53,299 nt of DNA from a bacterium (GTDB lineage Bacteria; SAR324; NAC60-12). How positions within the stretch are numbered: position 1 is the stretch's first letter; every line of letters begins with the position of its first letter. Positions 24,398 through 36,184 of the stretch are shown here, one piece after another. A program made the position numbers and the translations under genes. Under the pieces are notes generated by a model. It was given only the letters and a program-made list of their open reading frames with translations, was not told where the DNA came from and did no database searches. The stretch lies in the NCBI GenBank assembly GCA_965233585.1, contig CBDDTI010000013.1:1-53299 (forward strand), written 5' to 3'.

Positions 24398-24830
24398 CCG
24401 GCCAGGATTTGGCCCAAAAGGGCCGTTTCCCAATGGTCCCAGAAGGGGATTTTAATTGCCGGCCCAAAAGCCCTCAAAAGGGAGAATTTTGCCTTCAAAA
24501 GGCTCCCGGCCAGGATTTGGCCCAAAAGGGCCGTTTCCCAATGGTCCCACAAGGGGATTTTAAGTGCCGATCCAAAGGCCCTCAAATGGCCGAAATTTGC
24601 TTCCAAAAGGCTCCCGGCCAGGATTTGGCCCAAAAGGGCCGTTTCCCAATGGTCCCAGAAGGAACATTCAATTGCCGGCCCAAAGGCCTCCAAATGGCAG
24701 AAATTTGCTTCCAAAGGGCTCCTAGGATTTGGCCCAAAACGGCAAATTTCCCAATGCTCCCAGAAGGGATTTTTATTGCCGGCACAAGGGCCCTCAAATT
24801 GCCGAAATTTGCTTCCAAAAGACTCCCGGC
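24398..24830 (+). repeat. 108-bp tandem repeat, about 4 units, with a related copy at ~36003-36105
   Basis: ccggccaggatttggcccaaaagggccgtttcccaatggtccc at 24398, 24506 and 24614. Confidence 0.9.
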
Positions 24831-25852
24831 CTTCCTTCATTTCTTCATTCCTCCTTCCTCTTCTTTTCATTTCTTTGATTCATTGATTAACTTTGATCAC
24901 CCCAAACCACCATGGATACTGTGCGTCAGCATCCGTTGCCACGAGCTCCACCAGGCTGCAGCAGAGCTTGCGCGTGGCAGGCGAAATGATCCAATGACAC
25001 GCATGGTGCAGGTTGAATTTGTCGAACTCCAATGGCAGACCAAAGCTGGGGCTCTGTGGAAACCTGGAACGAACGGAACGTTGGCGGCTTTGGCGTCTCG
25101 TTGGATCTCAAACTTTGATGCCTAAAGAAATGCGCTCGAAAACAAAATGTAACATGCTAAAATCGTCCAACTTTATGACCAGATATGGTACATAAATGCA
25201 AACGACATGTATTTTCCAGATTTTGCATAGCCAAGCTGCCAGAAGAGACGTATCAGAGCAATGCTCGGCATCTTTGCCCAACTCCTGCAGTACTACCTGC
25301 ATCCCACAAATTGGTTCATGCCAGGGCCGCACAAGCTCCATAAAACCAAAGTTAGCAAAGTCCGCATCCTAATATGCCGCTTTGACTAAGAATGTGAGTG
25401 ACAGTGGCATGTGCCAATTGTTATGAAGCAGCATTTTGTGTTTTGATATCTGCATGGATCATTCAATACTTGCATACTCATGTACCACCTTATAGAAGTA
25501 TGGCAAATTGCCCCGCGAATCTAAGACCCATACCTAGCTTCTAACCATGGAACAATTGAAGAAAACTATGGAAAATTGATGAAAGCCATGGAAAATTGAA
25601 GAAAACCATGCAAATCATGGACAAACCAATGACCCGATAGAAACCATTGAAAAAAAAACATGAAACCAATCGAAAAATTGATGAACAGTGCGAATGAGAG
25701 ATTTTAGCTACAAAATGCAGCAGATGAGTATTTTTTGGTTGCGAAAACCAAGGAAGGGAGCCTGGACGACCCAAAAAAAAATAACCAAAAAAAAAACGAA
25801 AAAAATGCGCACTCAATTTGATGTGTTCCGTGCGTTTTGCCGTGTGAATGCA

Positions 25853-26192
25853 GAGGGCGCAGCAGCTAGCCGCCCAGGGCAGGACAGGCGTCCTGAAGCC
25901 TGCCGCCCAGGGCAAGACGCGCAGTTTGCCTCCTCCCTTTCTCCGCCCTGGAACAAAGGGGGGGCGCAGTGCCTCGTGCCCAGCCAAGTTCAAGTGCCTG
26001 GCGAAGCTCCCAAAGAAGCTGCGAGGCGGAGAGGGCGCAGCAGCTAGCCGCCCAGGGCAAGACAGGCGTCGTGAAGCCTGCCGCCCAGGGCAAGACGCGC
26101 AGTTTGCCTCCTCCCTTTCTCCGCCCTGGAACAAAGGGGGGACGCAGTGCCTCGTGCCCAGCCAAGTTCAAGTGCCTGGCGAAGCTCCCAAA
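25853..26192 (+). repeat. 178-bp direct duplication
   Basis: gagggcgcagcagctagccgcccagggc at 25853 and 26031. Confidence 0.9.
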
Positions 26193-26650
26193 GCAGAAGA
26201 AGATGAAGAAAAAGAAGGACCGTGAATTCGTGAATGCTCAGGGTTGCATTCGATTACCGCTACTTTTTTTCAGCTCCCCAACCATGGTTGCGTTATGCTG
26301 CGTGTTGTAAATTCCTTGAGAACCACCTGTACTATATGGATATTGTACCTACCATCAACTAAGGTGTCCATTACCAATCCATCCACAAACGGCAACCCAA
26401 TATTGCCGGAGGAAGTTTAGATCATCAGAAATATTGATCAAACAGATGTGTGAGGGATTGGATCGGCAACCTGTTGAGAAATGTTTAAACCTCATTGCGT
26501 TAGAAATTCTGCTTTTATTTTTCCCGAATGCGTAGCAAGGGTTCCCGTTTCACTCTGGGGGTCTGGGGGTTGAGTGAGCTTGGGTGGTTTGGGGTGGGAC
26601 GCCCGCTTCGACACCTCTTGGCGGGCGCTGCCGTGGCACTGCAAACATCA

Positions 26651-26693
26651 TAAACCCTAAACCAGTTGGGTTTAGGGTTTAGGGTTTAGGGTT
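26651..26693. repeat. Short interstitial telomeric repeat: one CCCTAAA followed by (TTTAGGG)3
   Basis: taaaccctaaaccagttgggtttagggtttagggtttagggtt. Confidence 0.85.
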
Positions 26694-27289
26694 CAACGCT
26701 CTGTTAGACAGAGATATTATACCATGTGGTGTTGTGCTTTGTTTGCTTCAACCCACCCGCCCTTTGGTCCCATGTCATTTGTGATGTTCTCCCTTCCTCT
26801 TGTTTCCCTCTTTTCTGGATCTCTGCTTCACCTGTTCGCAGCTTTTTCCTCAATGTTTTTGTTCCCCTCGGTGCTGTATGTTTTTGTGGGTGTATGCAGG
26901 AAAATGTTTTTTTTTATATTTAGTTGCTGGTTAGTTTGTTGGTTGCTTTTTGTTTGTTCTTGTTGTTGTTGTTGTGATTGTTGTTGCTGTTTTCTTGTTG
27001 TTTTTGTTCTCTTTTTCCAGAAAGTGTGACATGCAGAAATGGTAGTATAATATCCAAGTCGATAGAATGCATTGCCAAAAATGCTTTTGCATTAATCAGA
27101 CCGCAACATTTAGGGTTTAGCATTATAGTGTCAACATCAGGGGAAGGGCAACCCAAGGAGCCCCACGTACCTCGAGGAGACTCCGGGAAGGACCCCCCAC
27201 CGGTGAAACAAAAACCCCGGAGTCGATGAATCGAGGTACGTGACCGGTGGGAGGGGGACCCAGAAAGGTCCCCCGGCAAGGGGTCACTG

Positions 27290-27485
<196 letters not shown>

Positions 27486-27832
27486 CACGTGTCTTTTCGT
27501 GTCAATCGCCAGGCTGCGAAGCGATGGCTCTGACCCCCCAGGGGGGCTGCAAAGTGGCGCAGAGGCGCGGCGGGAAACAGAAGGAGTAAGGCAGAGGGAG
27601 AGAACAAAGAAGAGAGAGAGAGAAAGAGAGAGAGAGACAGAGAGAGACCTAGATACAAAAAAACAGACCGACAGACAGACAGAGAAAAGAGAGAAAGATG
27701 AAAGAGAGAGGGACAGAGAGAGAGAGGGGGAGAGCGAGCATAAGGGGCAGAAAGGCACAGAAGTTTGCAGCGCCTCTCACGTGTTGGCTCAAAAGTAACT
27801 AGCGCAAACAAAGCCTCCTGCAGCTTGAAACC

Positions 27833-28331
27833 ATGTTGCCAGAGGTCCTCGCCAAGGTGATGGCTTTCCATTCCGCAAGCCTTGCGGTCTGGAGCAGCTG
27901 CCGCGTTCTGCGGCAGCTCGCCGCCCAGTTCGTTCTGCGGCGCGCAGTGGAGCGCATCCTGAGCCTGGCAGGCGCGTGGCGTCTCCAGGACGGAGAAATC
28001 CTGGTCCGGGTGCGCGACTCCGCAACAACAAGTCCCTGTGCTGCGAGGCCGGGAGGTCGAGTTGGTCGACGCCCTGGACGAGTTTGGGGATTGGCTTTCA
28101 GCAGATGCCATGCGAGTCCTTCGGTGGACCCGCGCCCAGGCCCGTTGCTGGGCAGACAGGTACGTGTACCAGATTGGGGCCTGCCCTTTGAAGAAGCCGA
28201 AGAAGGCGCAGAACCAACGGCTGCCCAGCGACAGGACTGGGCTGGCTTGTTTGACTAGCACACCGAGGCACTGGTTTGACAAGTGCAGCGCGGCATACCG
28301 CACAGTGCCGCCCACATTGCGCAGAAAATAA
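27833..28331 (+). CDS. Putative intron-containing host gene with an F-box-like N-terminus (exon 1 ~27833-27971, exon 2 from 28048)
   Basis: GC-rich coding-like island. Start context ttgaaaccATG, with TTGGCTCAA (relict spliced-leader-like) at 27784. A phase-consistent GC-AG intron at 27972-28047 gives MLPEVLAKVMAF...ILSLAG|REVELVDALDEFGDWL. The 3' structure is uncertain. Confidence 0.45.
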
Positions 28332-28469
28332 GCGTGTGACAGAGGCTAACATCAAACCTGACATGCCGTTGCCCCCCGAGCCAAACCTGCTCTCAGAACA
28401 CAAGCCTGCCAGGTACTTTTGCTGACCTTTGACGGGGATTTCTGAAGAGCCAGGAGTTGTGACGGGCTC

Positions 28470-28685
28470 AGGAAAGGAACGGAAGGCAAAGGAAAGGAAA
28501 GGAAAAGGAAAGGAAAGGAAAGCAAAGGAAAGGAAAAGGAAAGGAAAGGAAAGGAAAAGAAAGGAAAGGAAAAGGAAAGGAGAGGAAAAGAAAGGAAAGG
28601 AAAGGAAAGGAAAAAGTAAAGGAAAAAGGAAAGGAAAAGAAAAGGAAAGGAAAAAGGAAAGGAAAGGAAAGAAAGAAGAAGCAAA
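28470..28685. repeat. (GGAAA)n microsatellite
   Basis: Direct reading of the sequence. Confidence 0.95.
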
Positions 28686-29419
28686 GAAAAACCAAAAGTT
28701 GGAGAGGATTTTTTTTTTGAGATCCTTATTCGAGATATAAGGGTTCAGGCCTTTTTTTGCCAGATGCTGGACCCGGGGATTTCTGAAGAACCAGGGGTTT
28801 AGACAAGCTCAGGGGAGATGAACAGGGGTATTAGACCCTAAATATACATATGAAATATATGTACAGTAGGGTTGTAGGCTTTAGAGCCGCGTTGTGTATA
28901 TGGTACATGTTTACACCCCACCCGCCCAAGGTACCCTATCCATTGTGTGATATACACACTCTTCTTTTAACCCTTTGTGTTGTAGCTTTCTCCTCTTTGA
29001 GCGCGCTGTCCGCCAAGGTGCTACAAAATAACAAACATGGTTTCCGAGCTGCGCTGTTTCCATACCTATACTCAGCTGCTTCACCCCTCACGCCGTTTGC
29101 CTTGCGAAATAACAGACCCCAAAAAGGCCCAGGGGCAGGATTTGTCACTTGCCCCTTTAAAACGAGCATTTTTGAGTATTGAAAGCAGCTCCGCTTTGGT
29201 GCCTTCAAATTTTGGACTTTTATATTTCCTAGAAAGCTTCCAAAGCTCCCAGAAGCTACTGGGAAACTTCAGGGCAACCCCAAAAAAGACCCAAGATCAG
29301 GATTTGGCGCTTGCCCTTTTAAAACCAGCATTTTTTAGTACCGAAAGCAGCTCCGTTTTGGTGCCCTGAAATTTATGCTTTCCCTTTCCCATGTCTGGAG
29401 TTGGCAACTGATACCAGAG

Positions 29420-29660
29420 GTTTTGACGCCAAACCCTTCCAACATGATGGATCTAGCTGCGAAAACCAAGGGATTTAACCAGGTTTTGGACCCTAAACCC
29501 TTCCACCAGGATGGATTGAGCAGCTAAAACCAAGGGTTTTGACCCTAAACCCTTGAAAAATGTAGGTTTTGGACCCTAAACCCTTCCAGCATGATTGATT
29601 TAGCAACAAAAACCAAGGGTTTTGACCCTAAACCCTTGAAAAATGCAGGTTTTGGACCCC
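29420..29660. repeat. Degenerate repeats containing gaccctaaaccc (telomere-like C strand)
   Basis: Repeated ggttttggaccctaaacccttccagcatgat and aaaaccaagggtttt units. Confidence 0.75.
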
Positions 29661-30000
29661 AGGCGGCCCATTTGGAAGCTACGACCCCATTAAGGTTTAA
29701 ATATACATATGATATATAGATACAGTAGGGTTATAGGCTTTAGAGCCGCGTTGTGTATATGGTACATGTCCCATGGTTTTCTTCATTTTTTCCATAGTTT
29801 TCTTCAATTTGCCATAGTTTTTCGTCAATTTTTCCATAGTTTTCTTCAATTGTTCTATGGTTTCCGTCGATTGTTCCATGGGTTTGTTCAATTCTTCTAT
29901 GGTTTTGTTCGATTGTTCCAATGGAGTCATATCATCAAATATCGCATACGGAATCGAATATATGCAATATTTACCTATACGTTGGATGCTTAGGGGTCCG

Positions 30001-31440
30001 ATGGCCAACCGATTCCGGAAAACATCCGAAAACCATGCTTTCGTTGGAAAGGCAATGAGGTATCTCGGTGGTGGAGTTCCAGACCCTGGACACCATGATG
30101 AAATATACCCTTACAGATGTTCTCCACAGTTCTCAATGATGTTTTGGAATCTGGGGAACTGGTGCAGAAAGTCATTTGACAAATGCCCTTTGCCAGAAAG
30201 ACTCTAACGAATTTTTACCACACATTGACTACACTCTTGACATAGAGCATGTGGCGATTGGAGATGGCAAGCCCCAGTTCAACAACTACTTCATCAACGT
30301 CGTCAAGAACCTTGGAGGACACTTGTTCATGAATTACGAGGCCGGCAGCCTGTATCCTCACAGAGCATTGCTTGAAGAGGCGCAGTTCACTGTTTGCTTC
30401 AATGATTATCAAGACTTGATGATTGCTGCTCATATCGGGAAAGACGGCTATGTTCGGCAAATTACTGGTTACAATACTGGTGAGAGTAACGCACGAGCCA
30501 GATATGTATCTTGGGCCATTTTTGAGATTGTCTGGGACACAACTGTACATCGAGAAACAGGACAAGAAGAACCCCTTGCAAGAGCGCGAATGAAAATGTC
30601 CAGAGTGTGTGTGTGTGTCTATCACGCCGGACAGAAGCAAATCTCAGACTCTCCAGGTGTGACAGGTGAATATATAGCTTGCATGGCCTTTGAGTGCATC
30701 CGTTTTCAAGTTGATGTGATCGCAGGTAACGGGAACAAAGCAAAGCTGGAGGAGTCCCCACATACGAAAACAGCCTGTTACAACACTGGATCAACAAGAT
30801 GGTTAACGTGGCAACAAAATCAAGACGCAAAAATTATGGGAGATCAGTACCAGTTTGTGTCAAGCATTTTATTTCCTGTAGTTACAGAGATCTTGATTTT
30901 CTTACAACTCACCTTGATGGAATTACAAGTGAAAAATACACAGAAGAACTTGCAAAGAAGACAGAAAACAAAGGTGATTGCTGTATCTTATCCATTGTTG
31001 AGTGGGGACATGCCCGTCTAGAGATTGAGGAGCACCCTGATAAGTTTGATGATGAAGAGCATATGGATTTTGTTAGTGAGTTTACATTTTGTGTCAGTAA
31101 AGTTTGCTTATCCAGTAACCACAACATTTTCATGGTTGCACCTTCAGACAGAGACGCTCACAACCCAATTCTTATTCACTTGAAACCTTCTAACATGTCG
31201 TGGCATGAGAAACATCAATACAAACCTTATGAGATGAAAGCACGACGAAAGGAAACCAGGAAGGAGAAACAAAAGAGAGAAAGGGTTTTGGCGATGGTCC
31301 GTTATTGGACAACTCTTGGGACAACTCTTGGGACAACGGATGGCACTGGAAGATGGGTTTATTATGATGATCATCAACAACAAGGATATGGTGCATCCTC
31401 GGCTTCTTCATCGTGGACATGGAGACCAAAGAACAGATGA
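30001..31440 (+). pseudogene. Endonuclease/exonuclease/phosphatase (EEP/APE-like) domain pseudogene
   Basis: Motifs in EEP order across three frames: FSMMFWNLGN (30130-30160), HLFMNYEA, VCVYH, DVIAGNGN (GDxN-like) and SDRDAHNPILIHL (31144; SDHxP-like). There is a premature TAA at 30205 and frameshifts at ~30210 and ~30742. Confidence 0.65.
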
Positions 31441-31675
31441 GTGTAGACTTCCATAGTTGAAGATAACACAGAATGAGTTAGCTTTGTACAGTTTTTACTG
31501 TCAGCCGATTTATTTCAAAAGGTATAGACTCTCCGAGTAAGAGATAATACCAAATCAGCATTCTCATTTTTCACAAGATGGCATAGACTCTTTGCAGCAG
31601 GAGATAATGCCTCTACTGTGTCTGAATTTCAATTCAATGTAAATATATACTCCTGTAGATATAGATAATATCACA
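31441..31675 (+). ncRNA. Array of four covarying hairpins with a conserved AGA/ATA internal loop
   Basis: GTGT-AGA-CTTC..GAAG-ATA-ACAC (31441-31469); GGTAT-AGA-CTCT..AGAG-ATA-ATACC (31521-31551); GGCAT-AGA-CTCTT..AGGAG-ATA-ATGCC (31580-31611); degenerate ATAT-ATA-CT..AG-ATA-ATAT (31643-31671). Confidence 0.65.
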
Positions 31676-31715
31676 TTTTGTTTCCGCAACTTTTCCGTGA
31701 GCAGAAACGTTCCGA

Positions 31716-33400
31716 ATGGAACGAATCAACATTTACCAACTCCGATTTCTGTCCATTGTCCGCTTGAATGAGCGACTTTGGAAATCCGCTGTATCCAATT
31801 ATTTCGTGATTCGGTCAGCTGTTTTCCATCTGACCTCATTTTCTGAATCTTGCTATTCGCATTTTGCGAATCGAACTTTTCACACCGGTAGAGCTTTGTT
31901 TCAACGAACGACGGTGCTTCTCACTATGCGCTACACCCTCCGACGCTTGGCCAACAACATCCAAGAGCCATTCCGCACCCTCTCACTTCAAACGATCGAC
32001 GATACCATCAGATGGTGGCAAGGAAAATCTGCTCCTAAGGCCTCTGCCTTACGGGCACCTTGGTCCCTCAGTCCAAATCTCCATACCACCCTTACCAAAT
32101 TCCTCCACCACTGGCCTCATAAAATGATGGCCTATCAAGTTCCTTGCCACAAGCCCTCATTCAAAATGGTCTTCACCAAACATGCCTTGGTGCTTGACCA
32201 GCTTTGCAATGGCCATTGTGGACTGGTCTCAAGATCCCATGGCCACATGTTGTTGCCAACACTGGTCCAAATACAAGAATGCTTCGCTCAGTCCTTCAGA
32301 CTCACACTGGGTACTGTCAGGCTCATTGCTTACCCAACACCTCCCTGAGGACATGGCAGTTATTGCTAAAAGCTCGTTGCTGAACAAAGAAAGACTACAT
32401 CTCCAGTCTGCGGTTTGGTCTCCGTCAATGGACCAAACGAAATGGACTTCCATCCATGCCGTCGAGCCTCATCACCGAACTGGCCAACTCTTTGTGGCAA
32501 CAACGCAAAACCGAAGTCTCCTGCCACATCACAAAGTCATCCATTACATCCTTCCAAACCCTGTTCCAAGGGGCAATCTTCCACTGCGAAGACAAACACG
32601 CTTCGTCCTTGCGAATCTTCTGCCCATGCCTCTACTTTCAGGCAGTGGAAAACACCTTCATGGATGCGTCGATTTTCCAAACCCTTGACGACTCACCAGA
32701 TCAAATCGTACAATCCCTGGTGTTCGACTGAAGTCTTTACCACTTTGTTTCTCGCGCCATACTTTACATTGATTTACTATAACGCTACGTGCGCTTCGAC
32801 CGTGAGATTGACCATCAAAATTCACATGATTTACTACCATAAATCATACAACTTACCATCAATAAAATCACAAGTCGTATGACTTATCGATACTTATCGT
32901 ATTTTGCGTGAATTTACTACGACATCTGCAACATTACCTGCCGTCACACAATCTTAAAGTATCCTTATGTCATCCATGAAACAGGTCGTCATTTTGAGCA
33001 TTTAAGGAGATCGCCAGGAAAACTGAGGACGAACAAACACATCAGCTCAATTCCTGAATTTGTCCCGGGATTCGAACTACTTTCGGGCAAAAATGAGACA
33101 TTCAGAACATATTGTGTCCTAAACCCACAAAAATTCTCGGAACAAAATTCTAGATTCCTAAATTGGGAGATTCCGCGAGTCAAATAATTTGAAGGTCTCC
33201 CATCAAGGCCTCAGCAGCGTTTTATGCTGGGTCCACAGGAGGTGGCCAGGGCCCCGTCTGCCTTGGCGACACTTGGGAATCTTGAGCTCAAGTTACGAAC
33301 GTAACACACCACTTAAGCTACTTACAATCAAACATCAGAACATTCATCTACAAATGGTCATTGAGTTGTTTGTTTTCTTCAACTAAGAAAAACTCTCTGG
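31716..33400 (+). pseudogene. Fragmented reverse-transcriptase-associated ORF, possibly Penelope-like; RT catalytic core not visible
   Basis: Frameshifted fragments 31716-32348, 32182-~32390 and 32456-32731. AIFHCEDKHASSLRIFCPCLYFQAVENTF resembles the N-terminal DK(G)..Y motif of Penelope-like RTs. No YxDD was found. Confidence 0.4.
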
Positions 33401-34034
33401 TCACTGGTCCCATCTTGCTGGTTAGGATGGCACTCTCGTTGTCCTAATCAATGGAGCAATCAAACAGCACCAGTGGAGTTGTTCCCTGTTTGTCAGGTGA
33501 GGGTTGCTTTATTTTAGGTATGACTTCTCCATCGCTCTTTCGCTACAATGCGGTGCGTCTTCAGAAGTGCTCACGAAATTGAAGAAAATTGTTGTCTCGC
33601 TACAACGGGGTGCATTTTCTGTCAAAATTTTGGCAGGAAAGTCTTCACGCGCTCCCGTTTGCCAGAAGTACCTGCGAAGCATCAAACTAAACCCTGGAAA
33701 ACACAGCACCACGCACGCGCATCTCTTCAGTTTCTGACTTTAAAGCTCTTGTGGCGCGGACACTTGCCCTCAACTTTGGATATTTCGGAAGTTTGATTTC
33801 GAAACCTCCGTCGATTCCGTCGATGACATTTCTACCATTCCTTGAAAAATGATTCTTTTTGCATTGTTTTCCTTCTTGTGATTTTGAAACAAGATGCAGC
33901 CCACGAACCCGAATGCTCACACGTATGTTAATGGTACAGATGTCGAAACACACGGATATGCAGTCACACAGAACACTTTTCTGCAATAGTTTATTTGAAC
34001 AGTCTTGCACATATTTCCCCTGTTACCAGTCTGC

Positions 34035-34775
34035 AGGGTGGAGTGGAAAGTGTAGAGTGTGGAGTGTGGAGTGGAAAGTGTAGAGTGTGGAGTGTAAAGT
34101 AAGGAGTGTGGAGTGTAAAGCGGGGAGTGTAGAGTGTGTAAAGTGTAGAGTGTGGAGTGTAAAGTTTAAAGTGTGGAGTGTAGAGTGTAAAGTGTAGAGT
34201 GTGGAGTGTGGAGTGTGAAGTGTGGAGTGTGAAGTGTGGAGTGAGGAGTGTAAAGTGCAAAGTGTAAAGTGTGGAGTGTAAAGTGTAGAGTGTGGAGTGA
34301 GGAGTCTAAAGTGCAAAGTGTAAAGTGTAAAGTGTAGAGTGTGGAGTGTGGAGTGTAAAGTGTAGAGTGTGGAGTGTGGAGTGGAAAGTGTGGAGTGTGG
34401 AGTGTAAAGTGAGGAGTGTAAAGTGTAGAGTGTGGAGTGAGGAGTGTGGAGTGTGTAAAGTGTAGAGTGCGGAGTGTGGAGTGTAGAGTGTAAAGTGTAG
34501 AGTGTAAAGTGTAGAGTGTGGAGTGTGGAGTGTGGAGTGCAGAGTGAGGAGTGTAAAGTGTAAAGTGTGGAGCGTAAAATGTAAAGTGTGGAGTGTAAAG
34601 TTTACAGTGTAAAGTGTATATAGAGTTTGGAGTGTGGAGTGCAAAGTGTGGAGTGTAAAGTGTAGAGTGAGGAGTGTAAAGTGCAAAGTGTAAAGTGTGG
34701 AGCGTGGAGTGTAAAGTGTAGAGTGTGGAGTGTAGTGTGTGGAGTCGAAAGTGTAGAGTGTAAAGTGTGGAGTGC
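34035..34775. repeat. (GAGTGTG/AAGTGTA)n 7-mer microsatellite
   Basis: Direct reading of the sequence. Confidence 0.95.
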
Positions 34776-34779
34776 ATCG

Positions 34780-35790
34780 TTGAGCCAGCCACATAAAAGA
34801 AGTTTCGACACGGTATAAACCATGTCACAAAGTGCCACGCTTGCCACGAAAAACGACATGATAACCTGCTTGGCAACCTTCGAAACAAAGACATTTTGCC
34901 GCTACCCCCATAGACACGGCGACGCCATAGGAAAACCAAAGACTCGACACGAGACACGTGGGAGCAGCAAAACCAGCATTTCGTGCGAGACTTCCCCCAA
35001 TTTTGATACTTTCGACACGTTAACAAACAAGTTGTAATGTCACACAGTGCCACACCTGCTACGCAAAACGACATGACAACCTACTTGGACACCTTCGAAA
35101 AGGAGAGGTTTTGCAGCTTCCCCCCTAAACACAGCGAGGTCACAGCGGAAAACCAGAGACTCGAGACGAGACACGTGGGAGCACCACAACGACCGTTTCG
35201 TGCGAGACGTCCTCTAATTTTCACGCTTTGAAACATGCCGAAGAGACATGTTTTGCAGCTTTTCCCATAGATACGGCGAAAGGTGGAAGCACCAAAACGA
35301 GCATTTCGTGCGAGACTTCCTCCAATTTTCACACTTTGTAGCTTCAAAATCGACGTTTGCCTACGAGTTTTCCTTAGAACATGAAAATTTGCAACCTGAA
35401 AAATCGATGTTTCGTGCGAAGCTTCCGTCAATTTTCAGCACATCGCACAAAATGCAACGACTGCCACGGAATTTGCACCTTGTCGCCACTTGACGCAGCC
35501 CTGCCCAATGCGATTTACAAAAAACACGTAACACGACACGTCTAAAGTGCTGCGCCTGCCATGAAATCTGCCACGCATGTTCGCAAAACGTCGCAAAAGT
35601 ATTGCGCCTGCCACACAAAACGACTTTCGACGCGTTACAGAACGTTGCTGAATGTCACGAAGTGCCACGCCTGCCACGCGAAACGAAGCAACCAGACGTC
35701 TGCAGAACTTCCCATAGGCACGGCCATACGGTCCTCTCACGAACGGTTGCGAACGGTTGCGGACGCGAACGCAACGTCGAGCGAACACAC
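34780..35790. repeat. Dispersed repeat with gtgccacgcctgccacgc / tttcgtgcgagacttcc modules
   Basis: Internal duplicated modules at 34822-35000, 35037-35220 and 35290-35330. Confidence 0.65.
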
Positions 35791-36184
35791 CCACCTTTTC
35801 AAGGGTTTAGGGCTTTCACCCCCCAAAACCCCCTATCTAGGGCGGCTTTCTTTTTCGACGCCGTCCTCCAGATTATTACATGACGACCCCAGGACACCAA
35901 AACATTGCCAAAACGCCCTCGAGCCCAAATCTTGGGGTTTGGCATGGGCTACCCCTGTCCCTGGGCGCAGATAGCTTGGCACAGTGCCCTTCTGGGACGA
36001 ATGGGCCCAAACTGGTCGTTTCCCAATGGTGCGAGAAGGGAATTTTAATTGCCAGGGCAAGGGCCCTGAAATGGCAGAAATTTGCTGCCAAAAAGCTCCC
36101 AGCCAGGTAAGCGGTGTTGGCACCGGCACACATCATGTTACATCATGTTACATCACATGAGACAGACATCAGATATACATACAC

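Noticed and set aside
31441..31469. SECIS or readthrough element after the TGA at 31438
   Set aside because: There is no AUGA/GA quartet or apical AA, helix II is too short, and the ORF is not selenoprotein-like.
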